The translations under genes and the position numbers were made by a program. The notes under the pieces are model-generated. The model was not told the DNA's origin, did not search any database, and worked only from the letters and a program-made list of their open reading frames with translations. This document shows positions 48,542-61,600 of a stretch of 64,000 nt of DNA, in pieces. Positions within the stretch are counted from its first letter, which is position 1. Every line of letters begins with the position of its first letter. This stretch comes from Phoronis australis (taxonomy: Eukaryota > Animalia > Phoronida), in NCBI GenBank assembly GCA_002633005.1, contig NMRA01000421.1, positions 200,171 through 264,170 on the forward strand, given 5' to 3'.

Positions 48542-49776
48542 CGGCGAAGTCCTCACTTTTCTCAGGAGCACTTCAATACACGTTTAACCTGGTCTGTGGT
48601 TTTAACTAATTTACCTGTTCTTGTGTTGAACCAACAATACGTAGTGTTACAGTGCCCTATTGATCAGATCAAGTTGCTTGCAATAGCCTAGACGCCGGAC
48701 TGAACAAAACCCACACAGTTAACACTCGAATGACTTCCCGAGTAAACATTAACAAAAGACTGCTCACAATTTGAAAGGGATTTCCATCCTCTCTTTTGGT
48801 CGAGTGACGTAATACGGCAGCCCGGTGACACAGGTGTGAAATATTATTGGGTCAAACTGTCACAGGCGGCATTGCTCCTAGTGTTTTTATCACGGATGCC
48901 TGAGGACTAACCGGTCCATGTATTAGGTCAATTAAAACATTGACCTGAACATGCATGGATACTACTCAAACTGTACGTCACAAATTTAAGAGCGATTGTT
49001 GGGTTTCTTACGTACTGGTGGATTAATTATTGATAAACCCCCTTGAGCACCGTCAAAACGCTGGTTCACTGAACTATTACCTATTGGCGACGAAGAAACG
49101 CATTCCGTTTCATAAATTCTCAATCATCCGAGTTACACACGTCACGAGCGTTACATCACATGTTTTCGAATGTATGGCTTGCCATGTAGTGCCTGTTGGC
49201 CAACAATACTCTTTAGTTGGAGAGCCCTTGTTAAGTCAGTGTTGTTGGTCCGTATGGAGCGCACGCTTGTTATTTTGGAGCTATTGCAACCGACAAGTAA
49301 GTGGTGTTAGCAAAAACATAAATTGTATAAGGCTGTTGAACAAGTGGACAAATGACAAGTCGCCCCGATGCAGTCAGTGAAGAGCATTTCAAAATCACTG
49401 ACAATCGGTTGTTCGGAATACGGAAAAAATGCAAACCGCCAACAACATATCGCGTGGTACATGTATAGGCGTGTATGCGCAATATCAGTGGGCCATGCAA
49501 AAACGTTTGAATTCAATATTTAGTTCGTTTCACTTACAACTTTCACTTTGAAATCTGACCTAAGAATTATGTTTTTCAATCGTAAAACGGACAGTTTTGT
49601 TACAAAAAATGCGCGCACCCCAGCGAAAAGTGAAATATTTTACCAATTTTCCCATTAGAAAGTATGACAACAAGGAACAAAAACTTTAAGGATCGGCTTT
49701 TTATATATTCGGTTACTCAGTTGCGGCTACACAAACCCGCTTTTCCCCGGCCGGCATTGGCAACTAACTTATGATG

Positions 49777-49889
49777 TAGACCACTTACACATAAAAGTAT
49801 CCCACAGACCACTTACACGCAGAAGTATGTCACAGACCACTTACACATAGAAGTATGACACAGACCATTTACACAAAGAAGTATGTCAC
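49777..49889. repeat. ~28-bp tandem repeat CAGACCACTTACACATAGAAGTATGTCA x4
   Basis: Direct tandem copies. Confidence 0.9.
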
Positions 49890-49914
49890 TAAAACTTTTC
49901 CTTGCTCAGATTAG

Positions 49915-50159
49915 AGACTATCTCTGGGCTAAGGAAGATCAAACGATACGATCGATTGCTTGATATTGGACCCGATAAGTGGGCTAGGGAAGATCACACG
50001 ATACGATCGCTTAATATTGGACCCGATAAGTGGGCTAGGGAAGATCAAACGACACGATCGCTTGATATCACATTGGACCCGATAAGTGGGCTAGGTAAGA
50101 TCAAACGATACGATTGCTCGATACTGGACCCGATAAGTGGGCTAGGGAAGATCAAACGA
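49915..50159. repeat. ~50-bp tandem repeat (TTGGACCCGATAAGTGGGCTAGGGAAGATCAAACGATACGATCG...) x5, truncated at an N
   Basis: Direct copies; N at 50160 suggests a collapsed array. Confidence 0.9.
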
Positions 50160-52647
50160 NAGACATAAAATTAATACTAGAGAGTGGAAATGGCGTACTT
50201 CGCAAACGTTAAGCGACAAGTATGACGTTTCTAATGAAAAATCGCATACAGCAGATGGGGGTCCAAAAGACCCGGACCCTTCCTGCTCCGCCACTTTAGA
50301 ACTGCTGTAATGGGGAAATATAAACCTCCTATATATCTGTTCTGTCAGAATCAAACTCTAGTAATATCCGGACTGACCTGTTTCATAATATTTAAATCCC
50401 TTAGACTTGAAACCCTCACCATTTTGTGAGGTTCCACAATATTAAACAGTCATTCTAGTTCACTGCAGATTTTGATTGCAGAACAAATCTACATATTTTT
50501 ACCACACTTCAAAAGCAGGTTGATATTCCAGATCGCCATCCAGAAAGCTATGTGATGGTGTTGAATATTTGTCCTACCGTGGGTCACAGTTACTCAAATA
50601 TCTATTTATAAAGACTAGTTGTCAACTTGCTAAGCCACTCATTTTCTCAAATTCAAAGTCGAGTCTCAAATGACTTGAACTGATCAACCCATCACCTAAT
50701 TCTCCACTTACCTAATACCTCAATCACCTCAGATCTTTCAGATACAGTTTCAAACCACACCATCAGTAGCAATCTGATTATCAGCGCAGATACAAACTTG
50801 TTTGCTGATAATCAGATTGCTGCTAAACTTATTATACCCCAACAGCCAACCACAATACTTTTCAGCAAATACAAAAAGCTTGTACAACACATTTATACAA
50901 TCAATTTCTGTAAACAAAAAATCAATATGACTAAAAGTAACAAACCAGAGAACAGGTAGGACGATGAACAAGCATAAAAGGACAGGGAGGTATGCTGGCA
51001 TAAAAAGCAAGAATATATACCTCTTACAACTATTTCTAATGTTAATTATGAATTGATAAAGACAGCATGCCAATGATTCCATTTGCCCTCAACAACCTTG
51101 ACCTACATTCTCCTCAATTAGTAGCAGTCATGTCTACCTTGAAATTCAACATGTAGGGCTGTTAAAAACACTGCAACCTGTACAATGTTATATTGTATAA
51201 ATGCATCACTTCAAGAAAAGGCACAGAAGAGCTATCTCACGAACACTTTCATGTTGGTGAGCAACTTTCTGTGCTCACTCTCTTAAGATGACAAAGTCTT
51301 CATTACCACGGTGAAGTGAATACAAAGTTTAACTTATGAACTAATAAAATGATGGTTCTTAGTAGACACGTAAATAACTGTCTACCTTAGGTAAATCTTT
51401 ACTTGGTTATACCAGGGGGGGTAGGGGGCACATCGGATCAATTTATACGTACATACTAAAGGAGGGTTCCTCCAGTCACCACCAATTTCACTCCCAGTCA
51501 ATTGCCACCCGTTTATTTCCTGCCCGATCACCACAAAATTACTCCCCAGTGCTCTGCTTGTTTGCCTACCGTTCCCTAAACTGGTGGTAAACTGAACAAT
51601 TTGTTGTAACCGTAAACATCAGGAGTAAGCAACACAGCAATACATACACAGCCCGCAACTAAAACATCACTATGCTAAGTCTGCAAGAAAATGCTCAGTT
51701 ATCATCATCTAATCCTATCAAAAACGAAGCTCAACAATACAATTAAATGTTCAGTAAGGCACTTGAATGAGTGTTGCCACGGCAAAGTTACTAAATTGAA
51801 TCTAACACCGACAATTTTAAACTGAATTCAGAAAGAGTCTCCGTTTATTCATCAATACCAGTGTTAATAATTATGAACTTACATCAGCAACCTTCAACCA
51901 CAAATTAATGAAGTAACAATACACACTATACAACAGACCATGGAGTGCACCAGAACCCTGGCAAACTGTGCTCGACAGTAAAATTAAGACAATAGATGTC
52001 ACCCTTTTCACCATAGTTACATATTATACTCTACCTCGCTTAACTGTGCTTTCTGGACAGTGATAAAAGTGATGACGACTTATGCGTAAGTATAGGTATA
52101 GGTATGATCATGTTTCTGGAACTGCATGCAGACTGACAAGGTATGAGATGACAAGGTAAGTGAGGTGGTGTGTATTTACATTATGTGTACCCAGCCCCAC
52201 TCCCTTTACACAGAGATTCCCAATTAGAATAACAAACAGTGAACATAACTTTATCATCACAACAGATGAGGAATGTCTCCATTATTTTTCATTGCTCTAA
52301 CCTGCTTTCAGACAAAATACTAACTTTTGATTCACACCACCAACAGCTACAAAACTAGTCTCAACTTGTTCCCTGATCCATACAGAGATGAGCTTGAGAA
52401 AACCTGACATTTTGTTATTGCTCAAGATCATGATTACCATAGACACAACTCATACAGTCTTGTCTCAAGCAATTACAAAAAGTCAGTTCTTCCAGAAATC
52501 ATATCTGATCTTCAAAGAGAAAACACCGAGACCAAATAAATAGTAGTTAAAGGTTTAAATCAGCATTGCTTTTTACTGAAGGCAGGTTCGTAGTAACATT
52601 TTAGATTACTATGTTACTTCTGTAATGCTCTACACAGACGTAAACAG

Positions 52648-52682
52648 TCAGACAAACCAATGAGTCCTTTCAAATCCTTGAG
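52648..52682 (-). CDS. RUN-PDZ-PTB last coding exon (A)QGFERTHWFV*
   Basis: TTTACAG acceptor, phase 1, TGA at 52648-52650. Confidence 0.85.
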
Positions 52683-55600
52683 CTGTAAACCATGAAAGAT
52701 CCAGTCATTACAAAAACTGACATTAACCATCCATCCGAAGCATGTCTGCTGCTCAGTCAGTACAGTTTAAACGAGTGATTACTACACCGCATTGTGTTGA
52801 ACAAGTTCAAACAATTTAAGATTACAGCAACGTAAAGACACATTTACCAGTACTCCATTAGTAAAAACCAAGTCTATTAACTAACAAAGACCTGAGAATC
52901 AAGCTTGAAACTTTATAGATGAAGAAACAATGCAACTATGACTCACAGCAACATAGAACTAACTAATAACCTCAATTTAGCACTGAATAATAAATGACTA
53001 AGTAAGGTAAATGCAACTTACCAATGGCACACAAAATTACTTTGCACTGAAAAATACAACACATAAGAACAATGAATTGTTTGCAGCAAGAAGCATACAA
53101 ATATCAACAATTTATGCACTAGGTAAGCCATTGCAAAGGTAATAAATTAGGCCATATCAGAAAATTATTGCAATAACAAGAACCTAAATATTCTCATAAA
53201 TTCCTAAACCTGCTATTAAGGAATATTCTCACTTGTCTTAAAATTAAATATATGAAACCGTTTTTTGAGGAAATATTTTGTATGTTACGTTATTGTTAAA
53301 ATGATGAACCTTTAAGGGAAAAGCAAAGATTTTTGGTGTTACCTAAGTTTGTTTAATACTAAAACATAAATCCATGGTTATCTTAGGGACTTGTGTAATC
53401 TGTTTATTGAAAGAAATAGTATAGAGACAGACAGTACATATCAGAGGGGAAATCCCTTTTTCATGACATCAATGACGAGCTTCCATATAGGGTCGTCCCG
53501 GATTACATGGCGACCGAACTCTCCTTTGTCGTGGAGATAAGAAAGCGTGGGACCTCGTTTTGGAAGTCAGGCATATTTTCGGGTCTCTTTTTGATGCCAG
53601 GAAGACGAAAAATTTCTGATCACCCATCCACAGGCCTTTGACCAGTTTATTAAACTTTGTCACATCGAAGTTGCAGACCACAGCACAGCAATAATACTTC
53701 ATTGGCATTGGAAGGACGAATAGAATAATGCAACCGAGAAATACTTGACTGTAAAACATCAGGCAAAAACAAATAACGTGAAACTCCAGTGGCGCGAAAA
53801 CAAGATAGTAAATGTGCCTGACGAATGTTTATGGCATTGTGGGTAAGTACAGCGCGATTCAAGTGTAGTTGTGTAATCCGGGAGGGCCCTATTGAAACTG
53901 CAAAGAAGCACACTAAAGTGAGAATTGGAACAAGTCAGGGGTCAAAATAGCAATTTCTTTCCCTTCCCCCTTGGTAAGTTTGTGCTTTCCCCCAAAAAAA
54001 CGTCAACTACATGTAGTAATCTCCATTCTTACAGTGTCATCCACAGCAGCAAGTGTCATTTCATCGCTGTACAAGTTGGACTACACAATTCCACACAGTT
54101 AATGGACTCATAACAAATTTTTTTTAGAGTCCCATGAATTTTTATCTGATGAATAGAAAAAAAACCGTGTATTTTTCTTCGAAACATATCACTTTATCGA
54201 CATGCAGAAATATGGAAATTTTAAGGAAACACGACTTTAAAAGGAACAATTTCAAGAGTTGTATAACTACTGAATTGTACAATGTAACTACGAAGTCACT
54301 AAAATAAAAACAAGTCAGCAAAAGGCCCACACCTTCCTTTTGCATTCAACTCAATGGCAGGAAAGGCGATGGCCAACTTCTTATTAAACACATTCTACAT
54401 TGATCATGTTTTAGCTCAATGGATAGAGAAATGCGACAATTCTCCATTTATTTAGCACACTATATGGCCAGTAAGAGAAATTTTATTTTGCCACATTCAG
54501 TCGCAAAGATAAAGGTAAAGAAAATTTCAGTCTATTACTAGAATAGTAATGTACTGAGTAGATGTTATAAAACACATCTGGTAGGGTTTGCACTATTTCT
54601 AGCAAAGTTATTAGCCTTTGAAAATGAAAAAATTAAAATTTGGCAATTAGTTTTGAGCGAAATGAGTGGAGAAAACGGTAAAATGTGGGCTTTTTGCTGC
54701 ACCATTTACCTACTGCAACATACACAGTTAGTAAGAACCAATAAACAGTAATTATCGTTGAGACAACCAGCGGTTCACATACTTAGTAATAAAAGGAAAC
54801 TCTAAAAACATTTTGCCACATTACCAAAAAACAGAAATACGTGAACCATACCTCCTCCTCATCCTGGGCTTCAAACACATGACAAACAAACTGATGTGCG
54901 ATGGTGCAGGTCGTGTTACTGGAACAAATTAAATGAAGACAGACCATGTACATGTACTAAGGTTATGTAATGACCATTTCAACAAGTCTGAGCAGTCAGC
55001 TAAATACCTGCAAAACTATAAAACTGAAAGTAGAAAACCTTCAGACTTTGCTTTTTAACTTTAACAATCAGTCTATAGGTTGTGGGAACATGTCTTCCCA
55101 GTAAATTAAGCTAATTAAAAATGTACTTTCAATGCAAAACAATGGCACCAGGAACATGACCAATACTNNNNNNNNNNNNNNNNNNNNNNNNNNNNNNNNN
55201 NNNNNNNNNNNNNNNNNNNNNNNNNNNNNNNNNNNNNNNNNNNNNNNNNNNNNNNNNNNNNNNNNNNNNNNNNNNNNNNNNNNNNNNNNNNNNNNNNNNN
55301 NNNNNNNNNNNNNNNNNNNNNNNNNNNNNNNNNNNNNNNNNNNNNNNNNNNNNNNNNNNNNNNNNNNNNNNNNNNNNNNNNNNNNNNNNNNNNNNNNNNN
55401 NNNNNNNNNNNNNNNNNNNNNNNNNNNNNNNNNNNNNNNNNNNNNNNNNNNNNNNNNNNNNNNNNNNNNNNNNNNNNNNNNNNNNNNNNNNNNNNNNNNN
55501 NNNNNNNNNNNNNNNNNNNNNNNNNNNNNNNNNNNNNNNNNNNNNNNNNNNNNNNNNNNNNNNNNNNNNNNNNNNNNNNNNNNNNAGATAGTAAATGTGC

Positions 55601-58600
55601 CTGACGAATGTTTATGGCATTGTGGGTAAGTACAGCGCGATTCAAGTGTCATTGTGTAATCCGGGAGGGCCCTATTGAAACTGCAAAGAAGCACACTAAA
55701 GTGAGAATTGGAACAAGTCGGGGGACAAAATAGCAATTCCTTTCCCTTCCCCCTTGGTAAGTTTGTGCTTTCCCAAAAAAAAAACGTCAACTACATGTAG
55801 TAATCTGCATTCTTCCAGTGTCATCCACAGCAGCAAGTGTCATTTCATCGCTGTACATGTTGGATTACACAATTCTACACGTTTAATGGACTCATAACAA
55901 ATTGTTTTGAGAGTCCCATGAATTTTTATCTGATGAATTGAACAAAAACGTGTCTTTTTCTTCGAAACACATCACTTTATCGACACATGGAAACATGGAA
56001 ATTTCAAGAAAACACGACTTTAAAAGGAACAATTTCAAGAGTTGTGTAATTACTGAATAGTGCAATGTAACTACGAAGTAACTTAAACAAGTCAGCAAAA
56101 GGCCCACACCTCCCTTTTGCATTCAACTCAATGGCAGGAAAGGCAATGGCCAACTTCTTATTAAACACATTCTACATTGATCATGTTTTAGCTCAATGGA
56201 TAGAGAAATGCGACAATTCTCCATTTATTTAGCACACTATATGGCCAACAAGAGAAATTTTATTTTGCCACACTCAGTCACAAAGATAAAGGTAAAGAAA
56301 ATTTCAGTTTATTACTAGAATAGTAGATGCTATAAAACACATTTGGTAGGGTTTGCACTATTTCTAGTTATCAGCCTTTGAAAATGGAAAAATGAAAATT
56401 TGGCAATTAGTTTTGAGCGAAATGAGTGGAGAAAACGGTAAAATGTGGGTTTTTTGCTGCAACATTTACCTACTGCAACATACACAGAACCAATAAACAG
56501 TAATTATCGTTGAGACAACCAGCAGTTCACATTCTTAGTAAAGGAAACTCTAAAAACATTTTGCCACAGTATCAAAAAACAGAAATACGTGAATCATACC
56601 TCCTCCTCATCCTGGGCTTCAAACACATGACAAACAAACTGATGTGCAATGGTGCAGGTCGTGTTACTGGAACAAATCAAATGAAGACAGACCATGTACA
56701 TGTACTAAGGTTATGTAATGACCATTTCAACAAGTCTGCGCAGTCAGCTAAATATCTGCAAAACTATAAAACTGAAAGTAGAAAACCTTCAGACTTTGCT
56801 TTTTAACTTTAACAATCAGTCTATAGGTTGTGGGAACATGTCTTCCCAGTAAATTAAGCTAATTAAAAATGTACATTCAATGCAAAACAATGGCATCAGG
56901 AACATGACCAATACTTGAAATGAAATCTCCAAAATACTTTTTCTTATTACTTTTTGAGTTTTTACATTAAATCACCAATAAGGCTAAACCAACAGCACAA
57001 AGTAAAAACAAAAAGTACAGAAAATGTTTGAAAAGTAAAAACCTAGGCTGTCAAGAAGACATTTACTTATTATAACTAAATAAAAAGCCCAAGGGATTTC
57101 TTTATCTGAGAAAACTAAATCAACATTTGATACTCACCCAACAATATAGGAATCAACATTTGATACTCACTCAACAATATAGGAATCAACATTTGATACT
57201 CACCCAACAATATAGGAATCAACATTTGATACTCACCCAACAATATAGGAATCAACATTTGATACTCACTCAACAATATAGGAATCAACATTTGATACTC
57301 ACCCAACGATATAGGCAAAGTAGTTGAGGAAGTCGATCCTTCGACCGCATGATGAGATTTCAGTGTACGAGTGGTGCATCAGCTGCTCACCAGAGGTCTG
57401 TAGTGTAGTAATCACATCCTTCTCGCCGAGTTCAATCACAGCATCCTGAACATGAAGATTACAGTTAATACATCCACATACCTTAAAGTTATCCAGATTG
57501 ATACATCTACATGCCTTATAGTTTTCCAGATTGATACATCTACATACCTTATAGTTATTCAGATTGATACATCCACATGCCTTATAGTTATCAAGATTGA
57601 TACATCTACATACCTTATAGTTATCCAGATTGGCGTCCAGTGCAGTAAATTGTTAACTCAAAAACTGGGTATGGGCGATAGAAAACTAGCTTTCTGCAAA
57701 GCAGGATGTGGGCAAAGAATTGGGTCAACTTAAAAGAAATTAATGTTGAATTTTTTTAATTTGAAAAGAATAATTAACTTAAAGCACTATCAAAAGCGTT
57801 GATTTACTGACCTGTTTCACTATATCAGTAGCATTCAAGACCTCGTCTACACCCTTTTCTATGTGTACCATGCCACCATTCTGTGAACACAGAGCAACCA
57901 AATGAACACATGAAGCAAATGTTAATATGTGCAACACAGAAAAGTGACACAGGGTAATGAAATGAACAAATGTAGCAAATCTTAGCAAATTCACCACAGA
58001 CAAATGACGCAGGGTAATGACACGAACACATGAAGCAAACCTTACTATGTGCACTAGAGACATGCTGAATGGCACTGAACAATAGCACAAACACATATAC
58101 TAGATCTTGATACATGTGACACAGGAACATAAACTACAACACAGTGCTACCATTCAAAGATCATGGTGTTGAGCAGATACTGAGTAATATTAATTGAAAC
58201 TATATTGTGTTGAGTTATTCAGCAAAAAGCAGGGCAATTATTTAACAGAAATAAGATCGATGTAGAGAATTGAACTGCACTCACGATTCCACCCCAAAGG
58301 GTGCCCTTCAAGGGATGTTAACTGGTATCAAAAAATGGCCATTAGAAGGCACAGAATACGTCAAAACATTCCAAAAATGGGAAGGCACCACTGTCTCCCT
58401 AACAGAAAACTATTTGCCAATTTTTTTGAAAATTCCTCAAGGAATTCCAAAGATACATTGGCAAATGTAAAAAATCAAATTGCCACAAGGGGGCACAGCT
58501 GTTGAAAGAATGAAACAAAACTCTTTGTCATACGTTGTAAACATCACAAAAAACATTTCTCATATTTCAATGAGTCCATGCATAGGGTTCAGGAGATACA

Positions 58601-61600
58601 GCAGCGGACACAGAAAAAACAAAATGACCACTAACAGAGCGTTTAACTTTTAATGAATTTCATGATGTTTATAACAGGCATAGTTAGTAGTTTGAATTAT
58701 CTGTATGTTCAAGAACTGTCAACTTTCCATTACCTGACTAAAAGAGCATGTTGGTGATTAGTATATAGTATTACTTACAGAACCCATTGGTACGCATCCT
58801 AAATACTGTACTTTATACCGAGCTCTGCAAAACAGTGCACAAAACATAAACCATGATAAAGGAAGCACTAAATAAAGGAAAGTAATATGGTAAGAATATT
58901 AAACTCTTCTCCTGATATTCCAAGTATAAGTCTGCCAATACAATTTCACTAAGAATGAGTCGATAATGGTCAGAAAGGGGTTCAGGGGATCAAGAGCTCT
59001 CATTACTGCTCACCCACTTTTGCTAAATGTTGCCTAAAGTACACTCCAACACACAAATGGATTCTCTATGAATGTTCACGATGATTACTTGTCACTGCTT
59101 GGCAAAATTTATCGACTACACACTGCTTACTTGGTTGCACCGTTGATAAAAAATCTCACGATTTTAAGTTTATAAAGAGTTTTAGCAAGTAACTATTACA
59201 GATCCGCAAACCTTTATTTTCTGCTTTTGCAGTATGTTCAATAAGAAAATATAAAACAGACAAAATGACCAGAAATTCCCTGTCACGGTAACTGAGTGCT
59301 ATTAGCATAAAAACTCCAAGCACAACTCATCATCAGCTTAGCATTTGTCATCCTGACCAGAAAAATGAATCATTTTTGACATGCACTGCCCCCTATGAGG
59401 TGGTGTATGCATAACACATTCACTTGGCATGCAATGTCCTCTGAAGAGGTGTATACATATTACATTAGTTTGGGACACACCAGAAAAATGAGAAGACAAG
59501 TTACTCACTTTCCTTCAGGGCTCTGAACCGGAACTTGCTCCTGATCATCATCCGATAGTAAAGCGTGCGGTGGAATCTGGTTCTTTTTGGACTTTTCTGC
59601 TTTCTCCTCAGCACCTTCTAGGTAGCGTTTCACACACGGATCCTCGTTACCAAGGGTACGAAGCATGTTTGCTGCCAGTGGAAACAGTCGTCCGTCGTCA
59701 TAGACACCCTAAGTTGGAATTAATTACAATCCTCAAACTCGTTAATGATTGAAGTTGAATTAACACTGAACTCTCGCTTATTTTCTAGTTGAAAAACTAG
59801 TAGCAAATTCCAATATGTAAAATTACAAAAATAATGTTGATTTCTCAAAGGATATCAAAGTAAGTTGTATTCTTTCATAAATCATCCTTCACAAATAACA
59901 TTGAAAAATCCCCAGGCAGTCTCTGTTTGCAGTTATCGCCCAGAACTAAAAAGCAATAGAGCAACCCTGTAGGTAGATGTGTGGCTCACCTTGACAACGG
60001 ACAAAGCAATAGGCCAACCCTGCAGATCCTGTACTAGCATGGTGATCTTAGGCTTACTGCAGCCCTTCAGATGCTCCCCACACAACTCCTCCAATATGTC
60101 GCCAACTTCAACTTTGTTCTGAAAGCAATGTGCTACTCATTAGTCAAACTAGATAAGCCATGACGTGATACTGTCTATTGGTGTCTCAAAAATACCATGA
60201 GCCCCATATTTCGGTATTAGTTTCTACCGTTCACAAGGTTGGTGTACACCAACTTACACACCGTCTACTACTGTTTGGAGTTCTCTTGACAGCATGGTGC
60301 ATAATTATGAGTTTTGAAAAACTTTGAATTCTGTATTCTGGTCTGTGGGAAGAGCCGAGATATTGAATAATGATACCTATAGGTCAGAATATTCTGGTGT
60401 CAAAAATTACTTTTCTCACTTCCGAAGCAAAGTCATTGCAATCTTAGTCTTTGCTTGAATGAAAAAAGCCGCCTGGTATTCCCGTGACGGCCATATTGGT
60501 TGAAATTAAGCGGCCATGAAAAGCAAACTTCCCGAGCTTCATCTCAAGCAACAGTGAACTGCAGCTGCTCCTTTGTTGGCCTTGAAATTATTTGTAATCT
60601 AAGAAAGGAACAAGACCAGGATGATTTTATAACAGTAAGAAACCTAAATCATAAGTTTTTTGACAAGTGTTCACATGAATCGTGAACCCAGGATTTCAAA
60701 CTATCCAACCATGCAGATGCTCTGGTTTGTCTACAAAAGGATCTACTTAAAGCTCTGGTTAGGACAATAAGCATTTCATACTCAGCTCTTCAGATCACCA
60801 AATACTGGTCAACAAATTGTAGAACAATAACACATTAATCAAAGGAGTCCAATTTCAAACACACAATAGAGTTTATCAGCAGCAAGTTACCTTTAGCACG
60901 TGTACATTACTTACATCTTCACCAGCGACACCTTCAGGATCAACTTGGGTAACTATAGGCCAGCCATTTACAAAACTGAAAAATAATATTAAGTTTGTGG
61001 TATTGGCGTGACTAAAATCATTAAAAAAACACAATCCATGGGCAACTTATGGCAACCGAAATGTACCCTAATAGATAAGACATTCACAAAACTGTCAACA
61101 TTTTTATACATCAGTAAAACGAAGCTTCTGACAAAACAGTGGAAAGCAGCAACAGTATATCGCGCATTTGTTTTCTGTTTGACTGCAGATTCAACTAAAC
61201 TGACGCGTGTCACTTACATCACACATATTTATAAGCTTTAATTTCATTCAATAAAGTCAATAGTCCACACTGATTATGCAAAATAGCCTCTCAGTGTCCA
61301 CATCCGACCAATGAACTTACGCTTTCACTAAAATGAAAATTAAAATCATCAAAAACACCAAGCCAAGGCACACTACTTCACAACCTGTCTTGGTTCGTAA
61401 AAGTTAAAATGTCAAGTCACTTACTGTACTCCAAGACCGAGGTCTTTGCAGGGAACCAACTCCAGTTTCTTGTAGGCCTGAAAAATAGTAAGTAACAGAT
61501 ACAGAAAATACTCATTACTGGGACAATCGTGCCATCCATTTTTTTACTTACACAAAAAAGGAGAGTTGAATGCGGGTTGTGGGGATTGGAAATTGGCAAT

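Larger units (their letters stand above)
53803..56915. repeat. ~1.35-kb direct duplication (53803-55167 vs 55586-56915) flanking an assembly gap (55168-55585)
   Basis: Copies abut both gap edges and differ by SNPs and small indels. Confidence 0.95.

Noticed and set aside
49902-50168. Repeat array with slightly variable linkers (CRISPR-like) and an 88-aa ORF
   Set aside because: Linkers are variants of one sequence, so this is a minisatellite
55068-55790. Long ORFs of 165-240 aa
   Set aside because: They run through the N gap
57115-57733. Repetitive-peptide ORFs (QMLIPILLGEY, IQIDTSTYLIV)
   Set aside because: Translations of 33-bp intronic arrays, not in the gene's reading frame
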